Shown: positions 8,947-20,327 of the stretch, piece by piece
Layout: each line of letters starts with the position of its first letter
Position numbering within the stretch: position 1 is the first letter of the stretch
Origin: an uncultured Nitrosospira sp.
GTDB lineage: Bacteria; Pseudomonadota; Gammaproteobacteria; Burkholderiales; Nitrosomonadaceae
DNA length: 64,000 nt
Direction: 5' to 3'
Assembly: GCA_964466955.1 (NCBI GenBank)
Contig: CAYXQR010000106.1
Span: forward strand, 3,354-67,353
Made by a program: the position numbers and the translations under genes
The notes under the pieces: generated by a model
Database searches by the model: none
What the model saw: the letters and a program-made list of their open reading frames with translations, nothing else
Told to the model about the DNA's origin: nothing

Positions 8947-10884
8947 CTATATCAGTACCGCATCAAGCACCTTCATGAAACCTTGTGCGTCCTGAAACCC
9001 TATGATTTTGACGTTTGCTATCTCCCGTCCCTCCCGGTCGATGAACAGAATGGCGGGAGGGCCAAAAAGCTTGAACCGTTTCAGCAGTGCCATATCTTCG
9101 GGTGTTCCGGCGGTTACATCGACCTGTAACAGTGTCACGTCTCTCAGCCTCGACTGCACACCCGGATCGGAAAACGTGAATCGTTCCATTTCCTTGCAGG
9201 AAATGCACCAGTCGGCAGAAAAATCGACCATGACGTATTTGCTTCTGGCCTTGAGAATCTGCTCCTCCAATTCCGTCACTGATCTTACTCTCCGAAACGG
9301 CAAATGCTCCTCGTCAGCGCCAACTTTCCTGCCCTGAAAAGTATTCGCTTCGGTAATGCTGATCTTCGACAGGGGCTGCAGAATATCGCGACTGCCGGAA
9401 AAAACCCCGATCAGCAGCGCAATGCCGGTGAGCAGGGCAATCATGCCCAGGCCTTTGAGAAATTTCTGAAAACCGGAAGCGCCGGGCCGCAGAGGATCCA
9501 CGGCGTGCAGGTATATAGCGGAAACGATCAGCAACGCTGCCCAAAGCAGCATGTGTGCCACTGCTGGAATGACCGGCGATATGAGCCATATCGCTACGCC
9601 CAGCAGCAATACACCAAAAGTCTGTTTGATGGACTCCATCCAGGGTCCGGCTTTTGGCAGCAGCATGCCCGCCGACGCTCCCAGCAGCAACAACGGCATC
9701 CCCATGCCAAGGGCCATTGCGAACAGGGCAGAGCCGCCAAGGACCACATCTCGCGTCTGACTGATATATAACAGTGCCCCGGCCAACGGAGCGGCTACGC
9801 AGGGTCCGACAATCAGCGCGGACAGCGCCCCCATTCCAAATACGCTTGTCAGTTGCCCGCCTTTCAGATGCCCCGCTTCCTCAGAAAGCTTGCTCTGGAG
9901 AAAAGTGGGCAACTGTAATTCGTAAAAACCGAACATGGAGAAAGCCAGGGTAACGAAGATCAGTGCAAACGCCCCCAACACCCAGGCATTTTGAAGAGCC
10001 GCGGAGAGCATCGCGCCGGAAAGTCCGGCTGCAACACCCGCAGCCGCATAAGTAATCGCCATCCCCAGAACATAGGCCAGTGACAGCGCGAATCCGCGCG
10101 TCTTGGTGACATGCTCGCCTCCTCTTGCAATGATGCCTGACAGGATGGGAAACATGGGAAACACGCAGGGGGTAAATGCAAGCAGCAGACCGATGCCAAA
10201 GAACCCGGTAAGAATCAGCCAGAAATCCCGGGTTTCGAACATCCGTTCGATCTTGAATGACTCGGTCTCGATCGCGGGAGATACTGAGGACGGGAATAAT
10301 TCTTCAGATGATTCCTGCCCGGCAGCTGAAGAGGTCGCTGCCGTCGCACTGCCGCTCAATGCGTTGGCAATCGCACCTGCAGCCGCTTTCATTGCTGGCA
10401 GCATCAATTCCACCTCTTTGCTGATCGGCGCATAACAGACGCCTAAAGGCTCGTTGCAGCCTTGGTAGGTGGCAAGAAGTGTCAGCTTGCGAGATGAGGG
10501 ATCATCTCGTTTGAGAGAAATTTTTGCTTCGAACGGCTTGTGAAAAACCTCCACTTGCCCAAAGGTCACGTCGCTTTTCATCTCGCCTTCAGGCAGCGCG
10601 ATCCTCTCAATCGAAGTCTGGGTATTTCGTGGCTTGAATGTAACCTTATCTTTATAAAGATAATAGTTTTTTGCCGGTTCGAATTGCGCGATCAGCGTGT
10701 TCTCGTCACTTACCTTGACCGTCAGCTTGAAAGCCTGGTCTGGAGGCAGCAGTTCCTCTTCATCCTGACTCAGGCCGGCACTCAACTGTTTCAAGCCAGC
10801 GAAGAAGCCGGATGAGCTCTCTTCTTTCGCCAGAAGGGGGGTGCTGCAAAAAAGGAGAACCAGCAGAAGGAAACGGCTCGGCAT
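8947..10884 (-). CDS. dsbD: Thiol:disulfide interchange protein DsbD
   Basis: Alpha domain YQGC-x6-CY, TM domain FTPCVFPM and VGPCVAAP, gamma domain DFSADWCISC. Start at ATG 10884 (MPSRFLLL signal peptide). Confidence 0.95.
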   Translation of the reverse strand: MPSRFLLLVLLFCSTPLLAKEESSSGFFAGLKQLSAGLSQDEEELLPPDQAFKLTVKVSDENTLIAQFEPAKNYYLYKDKVTFKPRNTQTSIERIALPEGEMKSDVTFGQVEVFHKPFEAKISLKRDDPSSRKLTLLATYQGCNEPLGVCYAPISKEVELMLPAMKAAAGAIANALSGSATAATSSAAGQESSEELFPSSVSPAIETESFKIERMFETRDFWLILTGFFGIGLLLAFTPCVFPMFPILSGIIARGGEHVTKTRGFALSLAYVLGMAITYAAAGVAAGLSGAMLSAALQNAWVLGAFALIFVTLAFSMFGFYELQLPTFLQSKLSEEAGHLKGGQLTSVFGMGALSALIVGPCVAAPLAGALLYISQTRDVVLGGSALFAMALGMGMPLLLLGASAGMLLPKAGPWMESIKQTFGVLLLGVAIWLISPVIPAVAHMLLWAALLIVSAIYLHAVDPLRPGASGFQKFLKGLGMIALLTGIALLIGVFSGSRDILQPLSKISITEANTFQGRKVGADEEHLPFRRVRSVTELEEQILKARSKYVMVDFSADWCISCKEMERFTFSDPGVQSRLRDVTLLQVDVTAGTPEDMALLKRFKLFGPPAILFIDREGREIANVKIIGFQDAQGFMKVLDAVLI

Positions 10885-10901
10885 GGAGAAACAGGATATG
10901 T

Positions 10902-11231
10902 TCAATTGTCGGAAGATAAGGTGGTTTCCTCGGCAATCCACTTCAAATAAGCGGGTAAGCCATTGCTTATTGGGACAGCAACGATCTCGGGGAGTTCGTA
11001 AGGGTGCAGGGACTTTATCAACTGCTCCAGTCCAGCGTAATGCTGGACCAGGGTCTTGATGAATACGGGTACCTCGGTGGCGTTCTCCATCTGATCCTGC
11101 CAGCGGTACACCGAGGTGCACTCAGCCATGATGTTGACGCAACCCGCCATCCGCTCCTGGATGAGTGCGCGGGCAAGCGTCACGGCCGCCGCTCGATCGG
11201 GCAGAGTAGTAATGACGAGTATTGGCTCCAT
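10902..11231 (-). CDS. cutA: Divalent-cation tolerance protein CutA
   Basis: 109 aa. CVNI...SVYRWQ and HPYELPEI motifs; classic position upstream of dsbD. Confidence 0.95.
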   Translation of the reverse strand: MEPILVITTLPDRAAAVTLARALIQERMAGCVNIMAECTSVYRWQDQMENATEVPVFIKTLVQHYAGLEQLIKSLHPYELPEIVAVPISNGLPAYLKWIAEETTLSSDN

Positions 11232-11288
11232 GCTTCAGCAAACCGATGAAAGACCAGAAAACACCCCGGATTCTACCCTTTTTCCGCC

Positions 11289-12179
11289 CTATATGCCGGC
11301 CTCTCCCGCCAGGCACCTTCCTACAGTGGGATAGCGCAGGCTGACATGTAATTCGTGCTTGATGCGGGTATTGATCAGGCGCCTCGATTCCTGCATGAAT
11401 GAGAGCATCTCTGGAGAAATCCGTCCTGGGGCATGAGTGCGTGGAATCCGCGGAGGACGGGGGAGGCCAAAACGCTCCGCCACAAGATCGAAGTACTCGC
11501 CCATTTTTAAAGTCGAATCGTCACAAGCGTGGTAAATTCTTCCGGGCCTGCCGTAACGCAGCGCTGCGACAATGATGCGAGCCAGATCGTCCGCATGAAT
11601 ATGGTTGGTGTAGCTGTCTTCTTCCGGAATCAATGCAGGCGTTCCCTCGCGCAGCCGCGCAAAAGGCAAACGATCTCCTGCATAAATTCCCGGGACACGG
11701 AGAATGGAAACCTGCACCCTATTGCGCGACCCCCAGTTCCGAACCTGTCGCTCGGCGTCCGCGCGGCGCGCAGCACGACTGGTCTGGGGGTTGATCAGGC
11801 GCGTTTCATCAATCATGGCTCCTTTGCAATCCCCGTACACTCCACTGGTACTGATGTAGATAAGGCGTTGTGGTAACATGCTCCCTTTTACTTTGGGCCG
11901 CCTTGCAAGTGCCGCCAGAAGATTGGCTGTCCGTGTGTCTCGCCTGCCCTTATTGGGTGGTGGCGCAAGATGTACCACCGCATGGGCAGTGCCTGCCAAT
12001 TTATCCAGGCTGTCGGGAATATCGAGATCTCCGAAGATGGGCCTGATACCCAGCGAGCATAATCGGGCGCGCTGCTCCGGCTTTCGATACAAGCCCAGCA
12101 ATCTGTAACGCGGCTGTAATAAGGGCGCTGCCCGCAGGGCGATGTTGCCGCACCCAATGATTAAAAGTGTCTGCTTCAT
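11289..12179 (-). CDS. NAD-dependent epimerase/dehydratase (atypical SDR)
   Basis: LIIGCGNIA Rossmann motif, YISTSGVYGDC, ILRVPGIY, TNHIHADD. Start at ATG 12179; the longer ORF overlaps the divergent gene. Confidence 0.85.
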   Translation of the reverse strand: MKQTLLIIGCGNIALRAAPLLQPRYRLLGLYRKPEQRARLCSLGIRPIFGDLDIPDSLDKLAGTAHAVVHLAPPPNKGRRDTRTANLLAALARRPKVKGSMLPQRLIYISTSGVYGDCKGAMIDETRLINPQTSRAARRADAERQVRNWGSRNRVQVSILRVPGIYAGDRLPFARLREGTPALIPEEDSYTNHIHADDLARIIVAALRYGRPGRIYHACDDSTLKMGEYFDLVAERFGLPRPPRIPRTHAPGRISPEMLSFMQESRRLINTRIKHELHVSLRYPTVGRCLAGEAGI

Positions 12180-12236
12180 GATCGTCACGCGGTTTTTCAA
12201 CGGTCTACTTTTGCTCCTCTGATTCGTTCTTGATCC

Positions 12237-13277
12237 ATGCCACATCAAATCACCATCCAGCCGAGCGGGCATATTCTTTCGGCCCAGCCTGGCGAAACCG
12301 TACTCCAAGCCGCTTTGCGCGAAGGCTTTCCCTTGCCCTATGGGTGCCGGAACGGCGCCTGCGGTTCCTGCAAGGGCAAGATCATACAGGGAACGGTTGA
12401 TTTCGGCAGCCATAATGACAGTACACTGACAGAGATGGAAAAAAACGCCGGAATGGCGCTTTTCTGCTGCGCGGTACCGGAAACGGATCTGATCATCGAG
12501 TGCCGTGAAATCGGAGCGATAAAGGATATCAAAATTAAAACGCTGCCCTGCCGTGTTCAAAAGTTGGAACGCGTTGCACCGGATGTCATGCTGATTTCCC
12601 TGAAGCTTCCCGCCAACGAGCGCCTGCAATTTCTTGCTGGACAGTACATCGATATTCTTCTCAAGAACGGAACCCGTCGCAGCTTCTCACTTGCAAATGC
12701 ACCTCATGACGATGAGGTGCTGCAACTGCACGTGCGTAATTATCGGGGGGGGGCATTTGCCGAACATGTGTTCACCCAAATGAAGGAGAGGGACATTCTG
12801 CGCTTTGAAGGTCCCTTCGGCACCTTTTTTTTACGTGAAGATTCAGACAAGCCGATCATTTTCGTCGCCAGTGGAACCGGTTTTGCTCCAGTAAAAAGCA
12901 TCCTTGAGCATTTTTTTTCCCTGCGCAACCTGCGCAGCCCTGATCGGCAAATCGTGCTCTACTGGGGCAACCGCACGAGAGATGATTTATACATGGCAAG
13001 TCTGGCGGGAAGCTGGCAGCAACAGCACAGTAATTTCACTTTTATTCCGGTGTTGTCGGACGCATTGCCGTCAGACAACTGGAGCGGGAGAACCGGCCTC
13101 GTACATGAAGCGGTACTTCAGGATTTCGACAACCTCTCGGGGTTCCAGGTATATGCCTGCGGTAATCCCGCGATGGTTGAAGCTGCTCATAAAGACTTCA
13201 CCACATTGCGGAAGCTTCCCGAAAACGAGTTCTTTTCCGATGCATTTACCGCATCGCCAGGCAAACCCGGAGCCTGA
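12237..13277 (+). CDS. 2Fe-2S ferredoxin-FAD/NAD reductase (CDP-6-deoxy-delta-3,4-glucoseen reductase family)
   Basis: CRNGACGSC...C 2Fe-2S motif, RSFS flavin motif, ASGTGFAP, VYACG. Confidence 0.85.
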   Translation: MPHQITIQPSGHILSAQPGETVLQAALREGFPLPYGCRNGACGSCKGKIIQGTVDFGSHNDSTLTEMEKNAGMALFCCAVPETDLIIECREIGAIKDIKIKTLPCRVQKLERVAPDVMLISLKLPANERLQFLAGQYIDILLKNGTRRSFSLANAPHDDEVLQLHVRNYRGGAFAEHVFTQMKERDILRFEGPFGTFFLREDSDKPIIFVASGTGFAPVKSILEHFFSLRNLRSPDRQIVLYWGNRTRDDLYMASLAGSWQQQHSNFTFIPVLSDALPSDNWSGRTGLVHEAVLQDFDNLSGFQVYACGNPAMVEAAHKDFTTLRKLPENEFFSDAFTASPGKPGA

Positions 13278-13280
13278 TCA

Positions 13281-14513
13281 TCAATCGTCCAGGCCAGGCG
13301 GAGAGGTATCGGGGCGGTCAGCCAGCGACCGCAACGCGAGTTCCAACCCCTGGTCATAGTGATTCTTCGCGAGTTCCGGCCTGCCAAGTTTCTCGTTCAA
13401 TTCAGCCAAGGCGAGGTGCGCAGGATAGTCCGGTTCCATCGACAGGCTTGCCTCCAGATAGTTCTGCGCCTTTCCCCACAGCTCGCAATGGAGGCAAAGC
13501 CGTCCCAGAGCAAGGAGCAGGCTGGCGTCATTCGGATGCGCTTCAAGCCACGCTTCCGCGCGTTCCATCTGCCTGACAGTCCCGCCTGTTACACACTCAG
13601 CATATAACTTCGCCAGTTCAGAATCCCATCGGTGGTCAAGGCTCTGTTCGATGATCTCATGCGCGGCTGCACAGTCGTTCATCGACAAATAGGCCTGCGC
13701 AGCAATGCGCGCCAGCTTACTGTCTTTCCTGTCGGCCGGAGTCATGGACTGCCAGTATTCCTTCAACGCCTGAGGATTCGAGGTGCTGTTTTTGAGGTTC
13801 TCCATATGAGCGCGACGTCTCAGCTGCCTGAGCAGCGCGGCGTCGATAGCCTTCCGCTGCTCCAGTTGTAAGAGCAACTCCAGCACGGCGTTCCAGTTTT
13901 TTGCCCGCTGCTGTGCGTCCAGTTCCAGCCGAAGGGCGGCAGGATGCCCGCGGGAACCGGTCATAGGCAGCAGATGCAGTACTTTCAGTGCATCTTCGGA
14001 ACGATGCTCGTCCAGTAACAGTTCCGCCTGTGTCATCAGCCGCAGGGTCGTTTCTTTCGGAGCATTGCGTTCCGCAAGGGCGATGAATTCGTCGCGTTGT
14101 GAATACTTTTTCAGTTCGTGCGCCGACCTTGCCGCCACCATGGCATTGATCGCGCTAATGGTAGGCGATTTTTCCAGCTCCAACGCGGCTGCAGAAGCTT
14201 TCTGCGCCTTTGCATAACTGCCTTCGAAAAAGGCTTTCAATCCATCCAGCATTCCCCGCAGCGCTTTTTCGCGACGCCGCCGGGCCCGAAATTCCCGTAC
14301 CTCCCCTGGCAACCGCACGGTGACGACCGCCAGACGTACCAGGAAGTATCCAATGAGAGTCGTCGCCAATAGCAACACCGCCAGTAAATTGAGCGACAGT
14401 TCGATACGATAAGGCTGAGCAACGACCAGGACATATCCATTGTTGGAGGTGGCGATAAATGCCACCACTACCGCGATCAGAAACAGGACCAGAAGCCAGA
14501 TCGCTCCTTTCAC
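13281..14513 (-). CDS. hemY: Heme biosynthesis-associated TPR protein HemY
   Basis: 410 aa. Two N-terminal TM segments (GYVLV...IELSLN), TPR C-terminus (LGRLC...LWGKA); follows hemX. Confidence 0.9.
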   Translation of the reverse strand: MKGAIWLLVLFLIAVVVAFIATSNNGYVLVVAQPYRIELSLNLLAVLLLATTLIGYFLVRLAVVTVRLPGEVREFRARRRREKALRGMLDGLKAFFEGSYAKAQKASAAALELEKSPTISAINAMVAARSAHELKKYSQRDEFIALAERNAPKETTLRLMTQAELLLDEHRSEDALKVLHLLPMTGSRGHPAALRLELDAQQRAKNWNAVLELLLQLEQRKAIDAALLRQLRRRAHMENLKNSTSNPQALKEYWQSMTPADRKDSKLARIAAQAYLSMNDCAAAHEIIEQSLDHRWDSELAKLYAECVTGGTVRQMERAEAWLEAHPNDASLLLALGRLCLHCELWGKAQNYLEASLSMEPDYPAHLALAELNEKLGRPELAKNHYDQGLELALRSLADRPDTSPPGLDD

Positions 14514-15556
14514 CTGTTTCCCCGATCCCGCGTGAGACGATAGTTGCGCACGGCATCGAGGCTTGCGGAAATACGGGGCAACTCAACCCCCACTTCGCTA
14601 TTCCTCAGTTGAATCAGCGCTTCAAGCGCATTAACGATCACCTCGGAATTTGTGTCGTAGTATCGGCTTAACCAGTCAGAAGCGGCGTCGAGATCAGCTC
14701 TGAAGCTGGTCCCGTTGTGTGCGAGCAATGCATATCGCGCAGATAACAGGCGCAGCTTCAGGTTCTCCCGCAAAAAATATGCCTGTGAAGGCGACAATAC
14801 CGCTACATCCGGCCTGTTCATGTACTGGATTCGCACAAGCTGCTTCACATCCTCCCACAGTTCCTGCACAAACCTGAGCCATATACTTTCGACGGGCGGA
14901 GTTCGATGTGACGATGGTTCAGCTTCAGGAGGGCGCAGCTCCGTCGCCAGCGGCATATCATCAACCGATGCTGCAAGCGTATCCAGGCGCAGGCTGATCC
15001 CGACGATGTCCAGATAGGGCACGGACCTCATCAGATCAATATCCTTCGCAAGAGCCTTCCGCAACGGGGCCAACTGAGGACGATCCAGCACCTGCAATTG
15101 GCTTTCTGCTTCCTGCATGGCAAACAGAGCTGCCTTGACGTTGTTTGCCAGATGCAACTGCTGATTGGCGATCAGCAGCAGTCGTTCAACTTCCTCCAGT
15201 GTCGCTTCATCCCGACCACGTGTAAGCTGCTGATACAATTCTTCCAGCGCCAACTGCTGACTCTGTGATTCAGCTACTCTGGCTTCAAGCAAACCAAGCT
15301 TCGTTTCCACCCGGCGTCCTGCTTCCCCTGCCTCGGCCGCAACGTTGCGCGATTCCTTGCCGGAAGCGTCCGCCTCGGCCAGTCTTTTAGCCAGCTCATG
15401 CCGAAGCTCCGAAATCTGCTCCCTCGTGTCATACCATTGCCAAGCCAGAACAGAGCCGAGAACAATGATGACAATCAGCAGAATCGGATTGATGCGCGAC
15501 GGTGGGAGTATACGTATTTCCTGCTGTTTGCGAACAGGCGGTGGGTCAGTAGTCAT
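14510..15556 (-). CDS. hemX: HemX-family protein
   Basis: N-terminal TM plus coiled coil; LLSP.QAYFLRENLKLRLLSAR motif. Confidence 0.9.
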   Translation of the reverse strand: MTTDPPPVRKQQEIRILPPSRINPILLIVIIVLGSVLAWQWYDTREQISELRHELAKRLAEADASGKESRNVAAEAGEAGRRVETKLGLLEARVAESQSQQLALEELYQQLTRGRDEATLEEVERLLLIANQQLHLANNVKAALFAMQEAESQLQVLDRPQLAPLRKALAKDIDLMRSVPYLDIVGISLRLDTLAASVDDMPLATELRPPEAEPSSHRTPPVESIWLRFVQELWEDVKQLVRIQYMNRPDVAVLSPSQAYFLRENLKLRLLSARYALLAHNGTSFRADLDAASDWLSRYYDTNSEVIVNALEALIQLRNSEVGVELPRISASLDAVRNYRLTRDRGNR

Positions 15557-16352
15557 GATCTGATGGACGCGCGGTTTCAGCGACCTGAGTCTGAAAGTGA
15601 CTCAGCAAGCCTTCGATTAAACCGGTGTCACCGGCAGCGGTCAGGATGACGCGATCAAACCCCGATTTTCGCGCTATTTCCGCAATCCGTTCGTGCGACG
15701 TGAACAACGGGGTTTTCTTGAGCCATACGCGACCGGCCTCTCCTACCATTTCGCATAAATTGCGGAGACCCTCGGTGCTGGTAATCGTGACCGCATCCAT
15801 ACTGCAGCTTTTCCAAAGTTGCAGCAGGGGAGCAATGTCCACTTTCGGTCTGACGCGACGGTAGCATTCGGTATACGTCACGATGGCTCCTCGTCTCGTC
15901 AAACTCTCTCCCAGGAACTCGCGTCCTCCGTTCCCACGAAAAATGATGACCCGCTTGCCTTCCATTTGCTGCAACTCCGGCATATCCAGCAGCGCTTCGC
16001 TGTCAAAACGCGCGGTGGGAACAATGACTCCACGCACATGGAACCCCTCAAGAGCCAGCGCAGTACCTCGCCCAACTGCTGCGATTTTCAGAGTAGCGGG
16101 TAATGCACGCTTGGCGCATATCGCTTGCATAGCCTTATTGACCGCGTTGGGGCTAACGAAAATCGCCAGGTCGAATTCATCGAGGCGCCCGATTAATTCG
16201 AGAAACGGGGCCAGGTGCTCGGTATCCTGTATCTCCAGCACCGGAAACAAAACAGGGTCGCCACCTGCCGCAGCTATACTTTTGGCTAGTGAACCCGCCT
16301 GATGCGCTGGACGCGTCACCAGGACATGGATCCCGATCAGCGGCTTCGTCAC
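15546..16352 (-). CDS. hemD: Uroporphyrinogen-III synthase
   Basis: VLVTRP, FVSPNAV, RGNGGRE, YRR and TSTE motifs; GTG start overlapping the hemC stop. Confidence 0.95.
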   Translation of the reverse strand: MTKPLIGIHVLVTRPAHQAGSLAKSIAAAGGDPVLFPVLEIQDTEHLAPFLELIGRLDEFDLAIFVSPNAVNKAMQAICAKRALPATLKIAAVGRGTALALEGFHVRGVIVPTARFDSEALLDMPELQQMEGKRVIIFRGNGGREFLGESLTRRGAIVTYTECYRRVRPKVDIAPLLQLWKSCSMDAVTITSTEGLRNLCEMVGEAGRVWLKKTPLFTSHERIAEIARKSGFDRVILTAAGDTGLIEGLLSHFQTQVAETARPSDHDY

Positions 16353-17299
16353 GGATGGCTCACGGGCTCGACTGCCCCTGAACCCAGACTTGTCAAAATG
16401 GCTTCTGCACCCTTATTCTTAAGATTCAGCGCGAGTTGAGCGCCCATTTCCGCGCCCGTACCGGGATCGCCTCGCACTTCGTCACTGATCAGACATGCTC
16501 CATCCTGACTGGCAACGAATCCGCGCAGTCGCAACATGCCTTCAATGATTTCTGCAAATCCTCCCAACGGCACTTCGCAACTTCCGCCCAGCGCACGGCT
16601 CATTGCGCGCTCCGCTTCGACGCATTGCGCGGTCGGCAGGTCATGAAGCGGCGCCATCAAGCGGACCAGATCGGGGCGGTCCGCCCGGCATTCGATACCA
16701 AGCGCCCCCTGTCCCACGGCGGGCAAGCTCAGGTCGGGGCTCAACTGCGCAGTGATACGATCCGCCAGACCCAGTCGCTTCAAACCGGCCGCTGCCAGAA
16801 TAATGGCAGCAAACTGGCCTTCATCCAGCTTGCGCAACCTGGTCTGTACGTTGCCTCGCAACGGCTGAACCTGCAAATGTGGAAAGCGCGCACGTAACTG
16901 GCTTTCGCGCCGCAAACTGGACGTGCCGACCACGCTGCCGGGAGGAAGCGCTTCAAGGGACGCATACTGATTGGAAACAAAAGCATCGCGTGGATCTTCC
17001 CGTTCAGTGATGGCCCCCAGGACAAATCCTGCCGGCATTTCCATGGGCACATCCTTCATCGAATGCACCGCGATGTCCGCGCGGCCATCCTCCAGCGCCT
17101 GCTCCAGTTCCTTGATGAACAAACCTTTCCCGCCAATCTTTGAAAGGGATACATCGAGGATCTGATCACCGCGAGTCGTCATGCCGAATATTCTGAATTC
17201 GGTTTGCGGGTATAATCTCGCGAGCCGGTCCCGAATGAAGTTCGCCTGCCACATGGCAAGAAGGCTCTCGCGCGTGGCAATAACAATTTTTGTGGGCAT
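16349..17299 (-). CDS. hemC: Porphobilinogen deaminase
   Basis: [46 protein letters not shown]. Start at ATG 17299. Confidence 0.97.
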   Translation of the reverse strand: MPTKIVIATRESLLAMWQANFIRDRLARLYPQTEFRIFGMTTRGDQILDVSLSKIGGKGLFIKELEQALEDGRADIAVHSMKDVPMEMPAGFVLGAITEREDPRDAFVSNQYASLEALPPGSVVGTSSLRRESQLRARFPHLQVQPLRGNVQTRLRKLDEGQFAAIILAAAGLKRLGLADRITAQLSPDLSLPAVGQGALGIECRADRPDLVRLMAPLHDLPTAQCVEAERAMSRALGGSCEVPLGGFAEIIEGMLRLRGFVASQDGACLISDEVRGDPGTGAEMGAQLALNLKNKGAEAILTSLGSGAVEPVSHP

Positions 17300-17434
17300 G
17301 GATGATCCGTGCATTATGTTACATGAGAAAATGATGGAACTACCTGGGGGACACATTTTAGCATGCCGGGCGCAGAGCCGGACTGAAGTGCACGTTGCAT
17401 CGGCCCGGTCCGGCATTTGACACGAGGTTGCACT

Positions 17435-20245
17435 ATGGGATCGCCGCTTGTTTCCCAGCAGGGAAGTTTCGAAAAAAACCAGATTGAAGACGAGGATGCG
17501 CCTGTAAAGGACAATCCCTTGCGAGAGGATATTCGCCTGCTGGGACGCATGCTGGGCGATACCCTTCGGGAGCAGGAGGGCGACCCCGCATTTGAGCTTG
17601 TCGAAAATATTCGCCAGACAGCAATCCGGTTTCGACGCGACCAGGATCAGCAGGCACGGGACGAGCTTGATGTGCTGTTGAATCAATTGAGCAACAAATC
17701 CACCGAAGCAGTGGTACGTGCGTTCAGCCAGTTCTCGCAGCTATCCAATATCGCCGAGGATATCCATCATAATCGCCGCCGCCGAAGCTATCTTCTGGCA
17801 GGCTCCCCGCCCCAGGCGGGAAGCGTGGCGCGCGCGCTGGATCAGGTTTTCGCAAGCGGAACGAACAGCGCAGAACTGGCTGATTTCTTTGCGAAAGCGA
17901 TCGTTGCGCCTGTATTGACCGCGCATCCCACGGAGGTTCAGCGCAGAAGCATACTGGACTGCCAATTGACGATAGCGCACTTGCTGAACGAGCGTGATCG
18001 CGTGCAGCTGACACCGGAGGAAATGCGCAGTAACGAGGAAGGCCTCCGCTGCGCAATTCAGATTCTATGGCAGACCCGGATGCTGCGTTCCGCGCGACTC
18101 TCGGTCTATGACGAAATCAAGAACGGTCTGGCTTACTACCACTATACGTTTCTTACCGAGGTACCGCGGCTTTATGCGGAAATAGAGGATTTGCTGGAAC
18201 GCCGAATGGGTGGTCATGCTCCGCCCATTCCTCCGTTTCTGCGTATCGGTAGCTGGATCGGCGGGGATCGCGACGGCAACCCCTTTGTTACCGATGAGGT
18301 GCTGCTGCATGCGGCCGAACGCCAGTCCGCGCTCGCTCTGGATTTTTACATGGGGGAAGTCCACCGTATCGGCCGGTGGCTGAGTCTTACGGAACGCCTG
18401 GTGGACGTGGACGACGAACTCGCGGCCTTGGCAGTGGCTTCGCCCGACCGTGCGCCCGGCCGCATAGACGAACCCTATCGGCGCGCATTGATCGGCATTT
18501 ACGCGCGGCTCGCAGCCACCAGCCAGGGTTTGGGCCATGTGGTCAGACAACGGCGGCCTGTGGGCGCAGCCGAACCTTACGAGAACAGCGCGCAGTTCGT
18601 TCATGAACTCGATATCGTCATTCATTCGCTCAAGCAGCACAAGTCGGAACTGCTGGCACGCGGCGATCTGCGTCACGTACGGCGCGCAGCGGAAGTATTC
18701 GGTTTTCATCTTGCACCGCTGGACATGCGCCAGCACAGCAATATTCATGAACAGGTAATCGCTGAATTATTTGAACGCGGAGCGGGGCGGACAGGTTACT
18801 CGAACCTGACCGAAACAGAGCGCGTTCAGTGGCTGCTGAGCGAAATCAGCAGCCCCCGCCCCTTGCGGTCGCCTTATCTGGACTATTCCGAACTCGTCCA
18901 GGGTGAGATGAGCATCGTCGAAACCGCTGCAGAAATCCACCGCCGCTTCGGCCGTGCGGCTTTGCCCAACTATGTCATTTCCAAGGCAGACGGTGTTTCC
19001 GACATGCTTGAAGTAGCGTTGCTATTGAAGGAAGTGGGATTGCTGCGAGCGGGAGAGGCTCCGGTCCTGCATCTCAACATTGTTCCGCTGTTTGAGACCA
19101 TCTCCGACTTGCGCGGCTGCGGAGCTGTCATGGATGCGTTATTCTCGATGCCATACTACCGCAAGCTTCTTGAATCGCGCGGGAACGTCCAAGAAGTCAT
19201 GCTGGGCTATTCCGACAGCAACAAGGATGGGGGGTTTCTTGCGGCCAACTGGGAGCTTTACAAAGCCGAAACCGAGCTGACCAAAATATTCGACCGGCAC
19301 AGGATCGAGTTACGTTTGTTTCACGGCCGTGGTGGCACCGTTGGACGCGGCGGCGGCCCCAGCTATCAGGCAATCCTTGCTCAGCCTCAGGCCAGCGTGA
19401 ACGGCCAGATACGCATTACCGAACAAGGTGAAGTCATCGGCAGCAAATATGCCGATCCGGAGATCGGTCGCCGCAACCTGGAAACGCTAGTAGCTGCAAC
19501 CATCGAAGCGACTTTGCTGAAACAGGACAAGCTGGGCCAGCGCGTGAAGGATTTCTATCCTGTCATGGAAGCGCTCGCGCGCGACGCGCTGAAAGCATAT
19601 CGCAACCTCGTTTATGAAACGCCTGGATTCACCCGCTATTTTCAGGAATCGACTCCGATCAAGGAAATTGCGGGACTCAATATCGGCAGCCGTCCGCCGT
19701 CGCGCAAGAAATCCGATCTGATAGAGGACTTGCGCGCCATCCCATGGACATTCAGCTGGAGTGTCAACCGTGCAATGATCACGGGATGGTACGGCTTCGG
19801 TACGGCCGTGGAAATGTTCGTGCAGCGCGAAGGCAAGGATGGCCTGGACCTGCTGCGGGAAATGCATCAGACCTGGCCCTTCCTGCAAACGCTGCTTTCC
19901 AACATGGACATGGTCATGGCCAAAACGGACATGGGCATCGCCTCGCGCTATGCCGAACTCGTTACGGATGTTGGCCTGCGCCAGGAGGTCTTTGGGCGCA
20001 TACAGCAAGAGTGGGATCTCAGCGTGAAGTGGTTATTTTCCGTGACGGGTAAAACAGAGCTGCTCCAGGACAATCCCACTCTGGCACGCAGCATTCGTAA
20101 CCGCATCCCGTACATCGATCCACTCAACCACCTGCAAGTTGAACTGCTGCGCCGCTATCGCTCCGGAGACGCCACGGACGCCATTACGCGCGCCATTCAC
20201 CTCACCATCAATGGCGTTGCCGCAGGGCTGAGAAACAGCGGGTAA
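17435..20245 (+). CDS. ppc: Phosphoenolpyruvate carboxylase
   Basis: [52 protein letters not shown]-terminal GLRNSG. ATG 17435 follows a GAGG RBS. Confidence 0.98.
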   Translation: MGSPLVSQQGSFEKNQIEDEDAPVKDNPLREDIRLLGRMLGDTLREQEGDPAFELVENIRQTAIRFRRDQDQQARDELDVLLNQLSNKSTEAVVRAFSQFSQLSNIAEDIHHNRRRRSYLLAGSPPQAGSVARALDQVFASGTNSAELADFFAKAIVAPVLTAHPTEVQRRSILDCQLTIAHLLNERDRVQLTPEEMRSNEEGLRCAIQILWQTRMLRSARLSVYDEIKNGLAYYHYTFLTEVPRLYAEIEDLLERRMGGHAPPIPPFLRIGSWIGGDRDGNPFVTDEVLLHAAERQSALALDFYMGEVHRIGRWLSLTERLVDVDDELAALAVASPDRAPGRIDEPYRRALIGIYARLAATSQGLGHVVRQRRPVGAAEPYENSAQFVHELDIVIHSLKQHKSELLARGDLRHVRRAAEVFGFHLAPLDMRQHSNIHEQVIAELFERGAGRTGYSNLTETERVQWLLSEISSPRPLRSPYLDYSELVQGEMSIVETAAEIHRRFGRAALPNYVISKADGVSDMLEVALLLKEVGLLRAGEAPVLHLNIVPLFETISDLRGCGAVMDALFSMPYYRKLLESRGNVQEVMLGYSDSNKDGGFLAANWELYKAETELTKIFDRHRIELRLFHGRGGTVGRGGGPSYQAILAQPQASVNGQIRITEQGEVIGSKYADPEIGRRNLETLVAATIEATLLKQDKLGQRVKDFYPVMEALARDALKAYRNLVYETPGFTRYFQESTPIKEIAGLNIGSRPPSRKKSDLIEDLRAIPWTFSWSVNRAMITGWYGFGTAVEMFVQREGKDGLDLLREMHQTWPFLQTLLSNMDMVMAKTDMGIASRYAELVTDVGLRQEVFGRIQQEWDLSVKWLFSVTGKTELLQDNPTLARSIRNRIPYIDPLNHLQVELLRRYRSGDATDAITRAIHLTINGVAAGLRNSG

Positions 20246-20327
20246 GCCCGCAGGGCTCGGTCAACCGGAAATTGGGGATCGTATCCGGATTGCGAGCTTT
20301 TACAACACTTGACTTGTATTGGACAGC

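Noticed and set aside
10885-11121. 79-aa N-terminal extension of DsbD in the ORF track
   Set aside because: Overlaps cutA on the same strand; the signal peptide begins at 10884.
12180-12629. 150-aa N-terminal extension of the epimerase ORF
   Set aside because: Antisense overlap with the reductase gene; the Rossmann motif begins right after ATG 12179.
17297-17324. dif-like sequence (TTATGTTACAT resembles the XerD arm)
   Set aside because: No matching XerC arm at the required 6-bp spacing.
17300-17686. Long N-terminal extension of HemC
   Set aside because: Overlaps ppc on the opposite strand; HemC homology starts at 17299.
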